A stretch of DNA of 64,000 bases from an uncultured Candidatus Saccharibacteria bacterium (GTDB taxonomy: Bacteria; Patescibacteriota; Minisyncoccia; Phycocordibacterales; UBA9973), in contig CAYZYV010000001.1 of assembly GCA_964482735.1 (NCBI GenBank), positions 16,172-80,171 of the forward strand, in the 5' to 3' direction. Below, piece by piece: positions 29,646-39,028 of this stretch. The notes beneath the pieces were generated by a model. That model made no database searches. It was given only the letters and a program-made list of their open reading frames with translations, and had not been told where the DNA came from. Each line of letters begins with the position of its first letter. Within the stretch, counting starts at the first letter, position 1. The position numbers and the translations under genes were made by a program.

Positions 29646-30230
29646 TTATAATTGGCTCTCCAAAAGAGCTTTATTTATATGGGCTATAATTGACTGCCTT
29701 TCTCTTAGAAGATCATTCGTTTTATCTTTATTAAAGGGAGAACCTAGATACTTTGATAAAAGCGACGAATCCCCAATATAACCAAGCTCATTCATGATTC
29801 TTAGGACAAGGTGAAGTTCTAGTGCTTCTCTCGTGTCATTTTCAACCTCATCATCTAATATATAAATTGACTGAATAAGTTCATCAAAAATTTTTTGATT
29901 TACCGATTCCGCTCCGCAAAATCTGTCTATGAGAGATGAAATGCGAGCAATCAAAAGCAAAGAGTCTTTATTGGCTCTAGCTAGTGGAAAAGTATTTATA
30001 CTTTTTGCAGAGGTCACTCTCCAGATTTCTTTTCCTTTTACAAAATCAACATTAGCATATGAAAAATCTTGGAGTATATATTTTAGCTTCGATTTATTTA
30101 GTCTTATTCCCTGCACCATCGCGCGCACAAGCCCCAATTCCCTAGTAAAAATTGTGACCATTTTATTAGCTTCGCCCACGTTACGCGAAGACAGAATAAA
30201 TCCTTGTGTGTGATAAATATGATGATGCAT
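29646..30230 (-). CDS. recO: DNA repair protein RecO
   Basis: T.GFIL..R.VGEANK...FTRELG.V.A...G.R..SKL. Confidence 0.88.
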   Translation of the reverse strand: MHHHIYHTQGFILSSRNVGEANKMVTIFTRELGLVRAMVQGIRLNKSKLKYILQDFSYANVDFVKGKEIWRVTSAKSINTFPLARANKDSLLLIARISSLIDRFCGAESVNQKIFDELIQSIYILDDEVENDTREALELHLVLRIMNELGYIGDSSLLSKYLGSPFNKDKTNDLLRERQSIIAHINKALLESQL

Positions 30231-30282
30231 ATTGAATACGTTACTTATAAATAATTATTGATATGTAGTTATATTTGGCACT

Positions 30283-30319
30283 TCTTGCCCCGTAGTAAGC
30301 TATTGTTTTACTCTGGGGT
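30283..30319. repeat. CCCGTAGTAA-family palindrome
   Basis: tcttgccccgtagtaagctattgttttactctggggt matches the copies at 7293 and 7357. Confidence 0.7.
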
Positions 30320-30345
30320 GATAAATATGGTGATACATTACACTT

Positions 30346-33300
30346 TTATTTTACCACCTTAATTACAAAAGTTAAATCTGCAATTTTTACTTCTATCCCA
30401 TCATTGTCTTCATACTCTATCGTCTTAGCAGATACTAATTTTTGAATATTTTCCTTAAAGAGGTTTACTAGATTTTTACCACTCTCATCGGTTTTGACTA
30501 CAAGAGTAATCACATCATTAGGATTCAACTCGTTTTTCTTTCTTATGTCTTGAATAGCCCTAACAAGTTCTCGATAATAACCCTCAAGTTTCAAATCTTC
30601 AGTGATATTTGTATCGAGAATAACCTCAAGTTCTTGTCCTTCTTCAAATTTTACATTTTTGATATTTAATTCATCTTTTAGAATAGAAACATATTCTTCT
30701 TTTAGGTTGTATTTTTTAAGTGTTATTTCACGAAGAGGTTGTCTAACAGGAATTCCTGCTTTTTGTCGGTTTTGTAAACCTAGTGTAACTATTTCTCTTA
30801 ATTCTTTCATTTCCTCTATGACTTTCTCTTCATAGCTAATAGCCTCTGGCCAGCTAGAGAAATGGACACTCTCCGGATCACCTTCTAATTTTAACTTCTG
30901 CCATATATCCTCGGCTGAAAATGGAGCGAACGGAGCAAATAGTCTCGCCATTGTTTTAAATACAAAATAGATGGTTTGTTTAGCTTCTGTGTCTCCATCT
31001 TTAATTCTGTCTCTTGAACGGCGTAAATACCATGTAGATAAATCATCTATAAAATTTCTAGCTGCCCTTACAGGCTCAAGTAATTTGTAATCTTCTGTGT
31101 TATCTGTCATAACTTTGATTAATTCTCCGAGCTTAGCCATAATCCAGATGTCCAGCACATTTTTACTTTTTGGCATATCGTTCGATTCAATTTTTGTATC
31201 TCTGTATAGTTCATAAAAAGCCAAAACATTATAGAACAAATTGAAAAACTTATTATTTAATTCTGCAACGGTTTTCTCATCAAAATTTTTCGGTTCACCA
31301 GGTTGATTGATTGAATACATCCAGAGACGAAGAGCATCCACTCCATATTTATCTATCATAAGCCACGGGTCTACTCCATTACCAAGCGACTTAGACATTT
31401 TCTTGCCATTAGCATCAAGCACAAGTCCGAGACAAATTACGTTCTTGAACGCTTTACCTTTGTTCATAATTGTTCCAACAGCATGAAGAGTATAGAACCA
31501 ACCTCTTGTTTGGTCTATTCCCTCACTAATAAAATCAGCAGGGTAAGAAATATCCTTTGTGCTAAATGGGTAATGACTCTGAGCAAAAGGCATGGACCCT
31601 GAATCAAGCCAAACATCCATAACTTCTTTTGTTCTTTCTAATTTACCACCACAATCACAAGTAAGATGAATATCATCAATATATGGTCTGTGTAGGTCTA
31701 ATTCATAATTTTCATCATGAGGAATTAGTTTGAAATCAAGTTCTCTAATTTCCGAATTGGTAAGACAAGAAAAGTTCTTTAACATTGAGAGAGATTCTTT
31801 TGCTCCGTAACCATTTATTCCTGCAATCATAAGCCAGGCTGGCCCTCCGTGGGTTACGATTAATATATTTTTATCTTGATATTTGTTTTCTAAATCGTAC
31901 AAGAAATCCATTGATCTTTTTCTCAACTCATTCCATGTCTCACTACCTTCTTCTGTTTTATAGAAATTTTCTTCTGTATTAGGATAATCATTGTGATAAT
32001 CTTGCCATGTTTTTCCTTCGTATTTAGAAACTTTGTATTCTGTTAAATTCTCATCTATCAAAATCTTTTCAGTATCGTATCCTAAAATTTTTGCAACTTC
32101 ATTTGCTGTTTCTTTTGCTCTTGTTACAGGAGAAGATATTATTAAGTCTATTTTTTCATCTTTGATTTTTTCTGCGTTATTTCTAGATTCAGTTATACCT
32201 TTCTCTGTTAGGTGACTTACTCGATATTCATCTTTTGTATTTATCTTTCCATCAATATTGTTTTCTGCCTCTCCATGACGCATAACAAAATACTTATTGC
32301 CAGAAGTTTTTGCTTTAGATTTTATATCTTCTAAACTTCCAAGTACTTCTATCTTGCCACAAGTATCACACTTCCAAACAGGAAGTGGTGTCCCCCAATA
32401 TCTTTCTCGTGATATTGCCCAATCTTTAATATCTTTTAGCCATTCACCAAATCTCCCCTCTTTTATGTAAGATGGTTCCCAGTTAATGTCTTCATTCTCT
32501 TTCATCATTTTGTCACGGAGAGCCGACATTTTTATATACCAAGAATCTCGAGCGTAGTAGACAAGGGCTGTTTTACATCTCCAGCAGTGAGGATATGTGT
32601 GTTCGTATTTTTCTTTTTTAAACAAGAGGTTTCTTCCTGATAAATCTTTCATTATATCTATTGCAACATCTTCATTTCTGACGAACCTTCCAGTCAAGAA
32701 ATCTGTTCCTTCTAAGAATTTTCCATCAAGCCCAACAAGGTGGCATTTAGGAAGCCCAACCTTATTACCCAAGTCGAAGTCATCTTGTCCATACATTGGA
32801 GCTATGTGTACAACACCTGTTCCATCTTCTGTTGTCACAAAATCTGCTCCATAAATTTTATAAGCATTTTCTAACTTTTGTTCTTCTTCTTTGTTAACCA
32901 AAGATTTTGTATATGGATATAGAGGCTCATAAGAAAGGCCAAGTAAGTCTTTACCTTTTAATTCCTTAACAATTTTATATTCACCATCCAAGATTGATAG
33001 ACGAGACTTCGCAAGAATCAAAAGTTCTCCGTTCTGTTCTACCAAAACATAATCAATATCTTCTCCAACAGCCAATGCAACATTCGAAGGAAGTGTCCAC
33101 GGCGTTGTTGTCCAAACTAAAACACAGATTTCTTCGCTCGCATGCTTCCCTGAAGAAATTTTAGAACACGAATCTCCTGTTAATTTAAATTTCACATACA
33201 CTGTAATATCTTTAACATCTTGGTATCCTTGAGCTAATTCGTGTGAAGAAAGCCCCGTTCCACATCTTGGACACCATGGCACAATTTTGTAATCTTTAAA

Positions 33301-33813
33301 AAGTAAATCTTGCTTGGAAGCTTCTTTAATAACATTCCAAACTGATTCAATGTAATCATTGTGATAAGTAACGTAAGGATTTTCTTGATCTACCCAAAAA
33401 CCTATTCTGTCTGTAAATTTATGCCACAAATCTGTGTAGTTCCATACGCTCTTCTTGCATTCTTTATTAAATTTATCTATTCCGTATTCTTCAATTTCCT
33501 TTTTCGATTCTAGGTTTAATTTTTTCTCAACTTCAATTTCTACAGGAAGACCATGAGTGTCCCATCCGCCTTTTCTGGTAACATGGTAACCTTGCATTGT
33601 CTTATAACGTAAAATAGCATCCTTAAAAGCCCTCGCTTCCAAGTGGTGAATTCCAGGCTTGCCATTAGCAGTTGGGGGACCTTCATAGAAAACATATTCC
33701 CCTTTTGGAGAATCTTTTTCTAAACTCTTTTCGAAAATTTTGTTCTCTTGCCAAAATTCTAAAACTTTTTCTTCCCGAAGTGTATTATTTGATTTTTCTT
33801 TTTCTTCATTCAT
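30346..33813 (-). CDS. ileS: Isoleucyl-tRNA synthetase type 2 with inserted histidine-phosphatase domain
   Basis: EGPPTANGKPGIHH, GWDTHGLPVE, WTTTPWT, ISRERYWGTP, DQTRGWF, KMSKS; insert MRHGEA..VTHG. Confidence 0.95.
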   Translation of the reverse strand: MNEEKEKSNNTLREEKVLEFWQENKIFEKSLEKDSPKGEYVFYEGPPTANGKPGIHHLEARAFKDAILRYKTMQGYHVTRKGGWDTHGLPVEIEVEKKLNLESKKEIEEYGIDKFNKECKKSVWNYTDLWHKFTDRIGFWVDQENPYVTYHNDYIESVWNVIKEASKQDLLFKDYKIVPWCPRCGTGLSSHELAQGYQDVKDITVYVKFKLTGDSCSKISSGKHASEEICVLVWTTTPWTLPSNVALAVGEDIDYVLVEQNGELLILAKSRLSILDGEYKIVKELKGKDLLGLSYEPLYPYTKSLVNKEEEQKLENAYKIYGADFVTTEDGTGVVHIAPMYGQDDFDLGNKVGLPKCHLVGLDGKFLEGTDFLTGRFVRNEDVAIDIMKDLSGRNLLFKKEKYEHTYPHCWRCKTALVYYARDSWYIKMSALRDKMMKENEDINWEPSYIKEGRFGEWLKDIKDWAISRERYWGTPLPVWKCDTCGKIEVLGSLEDIKSKAKTSGNKYFVMRHGEAENNIDGKINTKDEYRVSHLTEKGITESRNNAEKIKDEKIDLIISSPVTRAKETANEVAKILGYDTEKILIDENLTEYKVSKYEGKTWQDYHNDYPNTEENFYKTEEGSETWNELRKRSMDFLYDLENKYQDKNILIVTHGGPAWLMIAGINGYGAKESLSMLKNFSCLTNSEIRELDFKLIPHDENYELDLHRPYIDDIHLTCDCGGKLERTKEVMDVWLDSGSMPFAQSHYPFSTKDISYPADFISEGIDQTRGWFYTLHAVGTIMNKGKAFKNVICLGLVLDANGKKMSKSLGNGVDPWLMIDKYGVDALRLWMYSINQPGEPKNFDEKTVAELNNKFFNLFYNVLAFYELYRDTKIESNDMPKSKNVLDIWIMAKLGELIKVMTDNTEDYKLLEPVRAARNFIDDLSTWYLRRSRDRIKDGDTEAKQTIYFVFKTMARLFAPFAPFSAEDIWQKLKLEGDPESVHFSSWPEAISYEEKVIEEMKELREIVTLGLQNRQKAGIPVRQPLREITLKKYNLKEEYVSILKDELNIKNVKFEEGQELEVILDTNITEDLKLEGYYRELVRAIQDIRKKNELNPNDVITLVVKTDESGKNLVNLFKENIQKLVSAKTIEYEDNDGIEVKIADLTFVIKVVK

Positions 33814-33972
33814 ATGTTTTCTATTTAATTAATAAGTTTAATAATCATTTTAGAAAATAAAAATAAGTCTTTGGGAAACGCCTTGCACAGAGCGACGGCT
33901 CGAGCAGAGAAATTTTTCAGCAGAAAAATATTCGTGCATTTCGAGAAGAGCTTATTTTTGTTTTCTCCTAAC

Positions 33973-34165
33973 AAAAAAACTCGTCCTTGTATAACAATCA
34001 CAAAATTGTTACATAAGGACGAGTTTCAAAAAATTCTCGTGGTACCACCTTAATTCCCCCAAAAGGGCTTATTTTACAGCTTTTACGGGCTTACCCGCTA
34101 AGTTCTAATTTCCTTTTATGGATTTCTTCTTAGTGCTCAGAGGTGATATCCTCTTCAACGCTTCT
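33973..34165 (-). promoter_or_regulatory. T-box riboswitch leader of ileS
   Basis: AAGGTGGTACCACG at 34051-34038, GAAATC specifier candidate (AUC Ile), terminator ctcgtcctt...aaggacgag-U7. Confidence 0.85.
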
Positions 34166-34208
34166 TTATATATTATAACATATTTACCTTAAAATTAAAA
34201 GTTTGTTT

Positions 34209-35003
34209 TTATCGAACACATCGAACCTTATAAAGGTCTGAGGCCTTATAAGCATAATCAATTCTACCACTAACCGTATTAATTAAATAAGCCAAACTAG
34301 AATTTTTAATAGATGTATTATTAGTCCAGTAAAAGTAACCGTTAGAAAAACCCGTAGGATAATAAACGGTACTTCCTGAACCTTGATACCATGCATGAAA
34401 TAAAGTCCGTATTTGTTCAAAGGATGGAAGTCGTCCGCCGTTCGTAGCACAAGCAGTATTTGCCGTATTCCAACTCATTGTAGAGTCAGGGGTAACTGTA
34501 TCACCTAAAGAGGTAACACCTTGTGTATCCCATTTAACTATTCCGTTTTCATCAACAGACCAAGCCTTGAGTTCACCCGTGTCATATATTAAAGCCGTAG
34601 CTCCGAAACGTTGATAATCATCGCCAGGGTAGATTCCACCGCTTCCCGTTCCATAAAGACTAAAACATTTAACAATTACACCTTGATCAATTAGAGGTTT
34701 AGCAATTTTAGCTAAGTTGCCGGTAGTAGTATCACCTTGTGAGTCGTCTGAATTTAACCCCGTACATGCTAAATCGGTATCTGAAGAATTCGAATAAATA
34801 AAACTACCTTTGTTTAATTGGTTTAATGCAGCCTGATTGTATAGTTGTTTTAAAGTTGATTTAATTGTGGCTATCTTTCCCTTTTCTCTTGCAGAGTTCA
34901 GAGAAGCAATAACTACAGCAGAAAGAATACCAATGATAGCAATTACAACCAATAACTCTATCAACGTGAATGCTTTATTAGATTTTAGAGATTCCTTTTT
35001 CAC
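34209..35003 (-). CDS. Type IV pilin-like protein with C-terminal CLec/DUF1566-like domain (paralog 3)
   Basis: [19 protein letters not shown]; MSWNTANTAC..GGRLPS..YWT..KVRCVR. Confidence 0.9.
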   Translation of the reverse strand: MKKESLKSNKAFTLIELLVVIAIIGILSAVVIASLNSAREKGKIATIKSTLKQLYNQAALNQLNKGSFIYSNSSDTDLACTGLNSDDSQGDTTTGNLAKIAKPLIDQGVIVKCFSLYGTGSGGIYPGDDYQRFGATALIYDTGELKAWSVDENGIVKWDTQGVTSLGDTVTPDSTMSWNTANTACATNGGRLPSFEQIRTLFHAWYQGSGSTVYYPTGFSNGYFYWTNNTSIKNSSLAYLINTVSGRIDYAYKASDLYKVRCVR

Positions 35004-35041
35004 TTTTTTATTATACCACAGTAGCTTTAAAACTAAACAGT

Positions 35042-35500
35042 TTCCCTAGGTCGGACCTAGGGGAATACTTTACCCTCTCAAACCCATAGGTTTGGATGGG
35101 TAAAGAACTGTTATAACGACCATTTACATGTTTTGTAAGCTATCGCTTACAAAACATGTAAATTGCAAAGTCTTGCCCATTCAGGTAAAAACACTCCCCC
35201 TTCTTATCTTTGGGATAAGGGGAATGATTATTTTACAAGCCGATATTCTGAAATCTTTTTTATTTTTACATTTACATATTTGTGCGCGATCGCGCACAAA
35301 TATGACAACTCCTCACAAACAAAATAATCTTTAGTAAGTATTGTAATACGTATTACAATACTTACCACACGTAATTAAAAAATAGTCTACAACGGTTCGA
35401 GTAAGGACATAATAAGAGTCCGGGCCTGTGCACAGGCCCGGACTCTTATTATCATATTTGCTTTCTATTCGTATCATTCGCATTCATTCGTGTATTTGTG
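35042..35500. repeat. Cluster of at least 7 different palindromes
   Basis: 35044-35062, 35068-35105, 35122-35163, about 35195-35225, 35275-35304, 35334-35365, 35409-35452, then attcg short repeats. Confidence 0.9.
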
Positions 35501-35515
35501 TCGTGTTTGATTCCT

Positions 35516-37219
35516 TTACATTTTGTCTGGAATTTTTATACCAAGAAGCCATAGGCCATTCTCCATTGTTTGGTAAAAAGCTTTTATGAGGTCTAGATGA
35601 TATTTGGCACACTTGTTGTCATCAACTAAAATTCTTGTATTCCCATAGAAGGCGTTAAAGGTGCTTGCTAGTTCTGTCAGATATTTAACTATATGATGAG
35701 GCTCTAAGTTAAGATATGATTTTTCAACAACTTCACCAAATTGATATAGGTTCTTTTCTAATTCAAAAATTTCATCTGGTATTTCTTCTTTATCACTCAA
35801 ATCAAAATCTTTTGATTTTTCTAAAATCGAATTAGCACGAACTGCAGTGTACTGTAAATAAGGGCCTGAATCACCATCAAAAGAAATAGATTTTTCAAAG
35901 TCATAAGCAATATCAGAACCAAGTGATGATTTTAAAATAGAATAGCGAAGTGCTGAGACACCAACCCTCTCCGAAATTTGATTCTTTTCTTCATCGCTAA
36001 ATTCACGTTCTCTAATTTTTTCTCGAACGACAGAAATAGAATCGTTTATTAGAGACTCCCCAGTGATTATGTTTCCTTTTCGTGATGACATTTTACCTGT
36101 TGAAAGCTTCATCATTCCATGCGTTACATGCTTCATTTTCTTTTCCATTTCTGGATACATTAAAGATATGGCCTTTCTGACAACCTTCATATACTCAGCT
36201 TGTTCTATTGCAGTTGTAACGATTGAGATATCAAGGTCTTTTTCTTTTTCAAACTTAGTTAGAGTAAGACCGATCTCTTTTGTTTCATAAGTAGGAACTC
36301 CATGAGAATTGATAAAGACACGAGTGTGTAATTTTGGATCATAATTTTCTCCATGGAAAATAACGGCTCCGTCTGATTCCTCAAAAATTTTACCAATATT
36401 TTCTCGAACAATTTTCTCTCCTATGTGAACCATATCACTTTCAAAAAAGTAATACTTAAATTTCGTATCAAGAAGTTTATAAATTATTTCAAAAGCTTCG
36501 AGAGTAATTTCCCTCCCCCAATTATAAACATCTTTTATACTTTCATCCTTCAAAAAGATTTTCTTGTTTAATTCGTCTATTTCTTTCTTAACCGTCTCGT
36601 CATCGTCATAAATATTACTTGCCTTTGAATAGCATTCACCTATGTAAATCGCTTTCTCTGAAACATTTTTATTTTCATCGGGTAAGCCAAATTTATTAAG
36701 ACCATAAATAGCTTTGGCAACGTGAAGGCCTATATCTCCTTGATAGTTTGCTCTTATAGTTTCAGCACCAGAAAATTCAACGATTCTAGAAACCGATTCC
36801 CCTACAGCGTTGGCCATTAAGTGTCCTATGTGAAATGGCTTAAATGGATTTGGATCTGTATATTCAACCATGACCTTCTTACCTGCCAAAATTTCATTTT
36901 TGCCCCAATTCTCTTTCTTGTCTAATATCTCTTTTATCTTGTTTGTAAAAAACTCACGAGATAAATAAAAGTTTATAAACCCAGGACCAGCAATTTCTAT
37001 TTTCTCAATGCCTGATGATAAACTTTTTTCTATTTCTACTTTAATTTCCTCCGATAATTGTCTAGGGTTCTTTCCTGTTCTCTTCGCACAGACCATCGCC
37101 ACATTCGTCGAATAATCTCCATGGCTAAAATCATCAGGATGTTCAACCGTGAAATCTACATCTTTTATTCCAAGATTTTCTAAAACTTCTTTAATTTTAT
37201 TTTCTATTATTTTTTTCAT
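35516..37219 (-). CDS. argS: Arginyl-tRNA synthetase
   Basis: GDYSTN, AGPGFINF, PNPFKPFHIGH, KMSSRKG, GPYLQY. Confidence 0.95.
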   Translation of the reverse strand: MKKIIENKIKEVLENLGIKDVDFTVEHPDDFSHGDYSTNVAMVCAKRTGKNPRQLSEEIKVEIEKSLSSGIEKIEIAGPGFINFYLSREFFTNKIKEILDKKENWGKNEILAGKKVMVEYTDPNPFKPFHIGHLMANAVGESVSRIVEFSGAETIRANYQGDIGLHVAKAIYGLNKFGLPDENKNVSEKAIYIGECYSKASNIYDDDETVKKEIDELNKKIFLKDESIKDVYNWGREITLEAFEIIYKLLDTKFKYYFFESDMVHIGEKIVRENIGKIFEESDGAVIFHGENYDPKLHTRVFINSHGVPTYETKEIGLTLTKFEKEKDLDISIVTTAIEQAEYMKVVRKAISLMYPEMEKKMKHVTHGMMKLSTGKMSSRKGNIITGESLINDSISVVREKIREREFSDEEKNQISERVGVSALRYSILKSSLGSDIAYDFEKSISFDGDSGPYLQYTAVRANSILEKSKDFDLSDKEEIPDEIFELEKNLYQFGEVVEKSYLNLEPHHIVKYLTELASTFNAFYGNTRILVDDNKCAKYHLDLIKAFYQTMENGLWLLGIKIPDKM

Positions 37220-37220
37220 T

Positions 37221-37643
37221 TTATTTTCCTGTTGAACCAAACCCCTGCTCTCCCCTTACTGTATTTGATAATTCTTCGCTTTCTACAATATCACAATCTT
37301 CAAATTTTTGAATTATTAACTGGGCTATTTTATCTCCTTTTTTAATTTCTACTTCTTCATCATTTGTATTAAAAAGATGAAATAGCATTTCTCCTCGATA
37401 ACCTGCATCTATCACTCCACCCATCGTTTTTAATCCTTTTTTAAAAGCAATGCTTGATTTATCCCAGACCAAACCAACAAAGCCTTCAGGAATTTCAATA
37501 GCTACTCCTGAAAAAACATCCATCGTTTCTTTTGGCGGGAAAATGACATCTTCACTAGAATAAAAATCTATACCAGCATCTCCTGGATGACCTTTGGTCG
37601 GCAACTTAGCATCTTCTTTTAATTTTTTCACTCTTAATTTCAT
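37221..37643 (-). CDS. dut: dUTPase
   Basis: DAGID, GVIDAGYRGE, KIAQL, RGEQGFGSTG. Confidence 0.95.
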   Translation of the reverse strand: MKLRVKKLKEDAKLPTKGHPGDAGIDFYSSEDVIFPPKETMDVFSGVAIEIPEGFVGLVWDKSSIAFKKGLKTMGGVIDAGYRGEMLFHLFNTNDEEVEIKKGDKIAQLIIQKFEDCDIVESEELSNTVRGEQGFGSTGK

Positions 37644-37709
37644 GGTTTTATCTTAACATTTTTATAAAAAATTCAGAAATTAGTTATTTTATCTATACAT
37701 AGTAATTTT

Positions 37710-38882
37710 TTATTTTCTTAGTGTTTTATCTATCTTCCTAGCTAGAGTAATCATATCTTTTTCTTTCTTTCCACGAGTGGTTTCCGCACAAGTTCCAAGA
37801 CGAATTCCCGAGGGATCCATTGGACTACGTGAGTCGCCTGGAATTGTGTTCATGTTAACAATTATTCCAGCTTCTTCTAATTTTTCACTCGCCACTTTAC
37901 CAGGCAGTCCATCACCTTGCATCCATGTATCCATAAGAATCAAATGAGAGTCTGTTCCCCCAGAAATTATACGCCATCCAAGTTTTTTTAACCCGTTAGC
38001 TAACGTTCTTGCATTTTTAACCACCTGCTTTGCATACTGTTTAAATTCTAAACAATTTGCTTCTGCCAATGCTACAGCAACAGCTCCTATGGTATTCTCA
38101 TGCGGACCTCCATATAATCCAGGAATAATCGTCTTATCTATCTTATTATCAAAGCCACGATTATCTTTACGAACAAAGATTAAAGCATGTCTTGGTCCAC
38201 GAAGAGACTTATGGGTAGTGGTGACAACAGAATCGGCGTACGGAAAAGGCGATGGATATGCGCCTCCAGCTACAAGTCCTGAAAAATGAGACATATCCAC
38301 ATGAAGAAGAGAACCACATGCATCAGCTATCTCTCGAAATTTTTTAAAATCTACGATTCTCGGATACGCCGTAAAACCGCAAACAATAATATCTGGTTTT
38401 TCCTTAATAGCCAACTTTTTTAATTCATCATAATTAATTACTTCTGTTTTTGGGTCAAGTTCAAATTGAATTGGCTTCCAAAGTTTCCCAGTCATAGATG
38501 CTGGATGTCCGTGAGTCAAATGACCACCAGAAGAAAGTTTCATTCCCATTATTTTACCCCCGAGAGGAATTAGTGCGGAATACACTGCAAAATTAGCCGG
38601 GCTCCCGGATAATGCTTGAACATTTACATGCCAATCTTTATTTTTTAATTTAAAAAGTTTTAGAGCTCTTTCTATGCAAAGATTTTCTATCTTATCAATA
38701 ATTTTATTACCTCCATAATATCTTCGTCCTGGGTACCCTTCTGCATACTTATTGGTTAGCTTAGAACCAAGTGTTTTTAAAACATCTTCAGATACATAGT
38801 TTTCAGAGGCTATAAGATTTATTACACTTTTTTGTCTTTTTTCCTCTTCTTTAATTAGTTTCTCTACTTGTTTATCTTTCAT
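37710..38882 (-). CDS. glyA: Serine hydroxymethyltransferase
   Basis: LIASEN, KYAEGYPGRRYYGG, GHLTHG, TTTHKSLRGPR. Confidence 0.97.
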   Translation of the reverse strand: MKDKQVEKLIKEEEKRQKSVINLIASENYVSEDVLKTLGSKLTNKYAEGYPGRRYYGGNKIIDKIENLCIERALKLFKLKNKDWHVNVQALSGSPANFAVYSALIPLGGKIMGMKLSSGGHLTHGHPASMTGKLWKPIQFELDPKTEVINYDELKKLAIKEKPDIIVCGFTAYPRIVDFKKFREIADACGSLLHVDMSHFSGLVAGGAYPSPFPYADSVVTTTHKSLRGPRHALIFVRKDNRGFDNKIDKTIIPGLYGGPHENTIGAVAVALAEANCLEFKQYAKQVVKNARTLANGLKKLGWRIISGGTDSHLILMDTWMQGDGLPGKVASEKLEEAGIIVNMNTIPGDSRSPMDPSGIRLGTCAETTRGKKEKDMITLARKIDKTLRK

Positions 38883-39028
38883 TATAATTAGTGTGATATT
38901 TTAATTAATATCTAGTATTTTATCACGTTTGGAAAAAAACAAGAAAAGGTTATAATTATAAAGTTAAACCTTTACTATTAATTTAGTTTGTGTTAATTTT
39001 ATTAAAAATAACCTTAGAATTAAATAAA

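Noticed and set aside
35042-35500. CRISPR array and ORF 35128-35334
   Set aside because: No repeated unit with spacers and no cas genes; the ORF is a by-product of the palindromes
12463-35515. DGR reverse transcriptase or template repeat
   Set aside because: No RT ORF (YxDD) and no non-coding AAY-rich copy of any pilin tail found by eye in the intergenic regions
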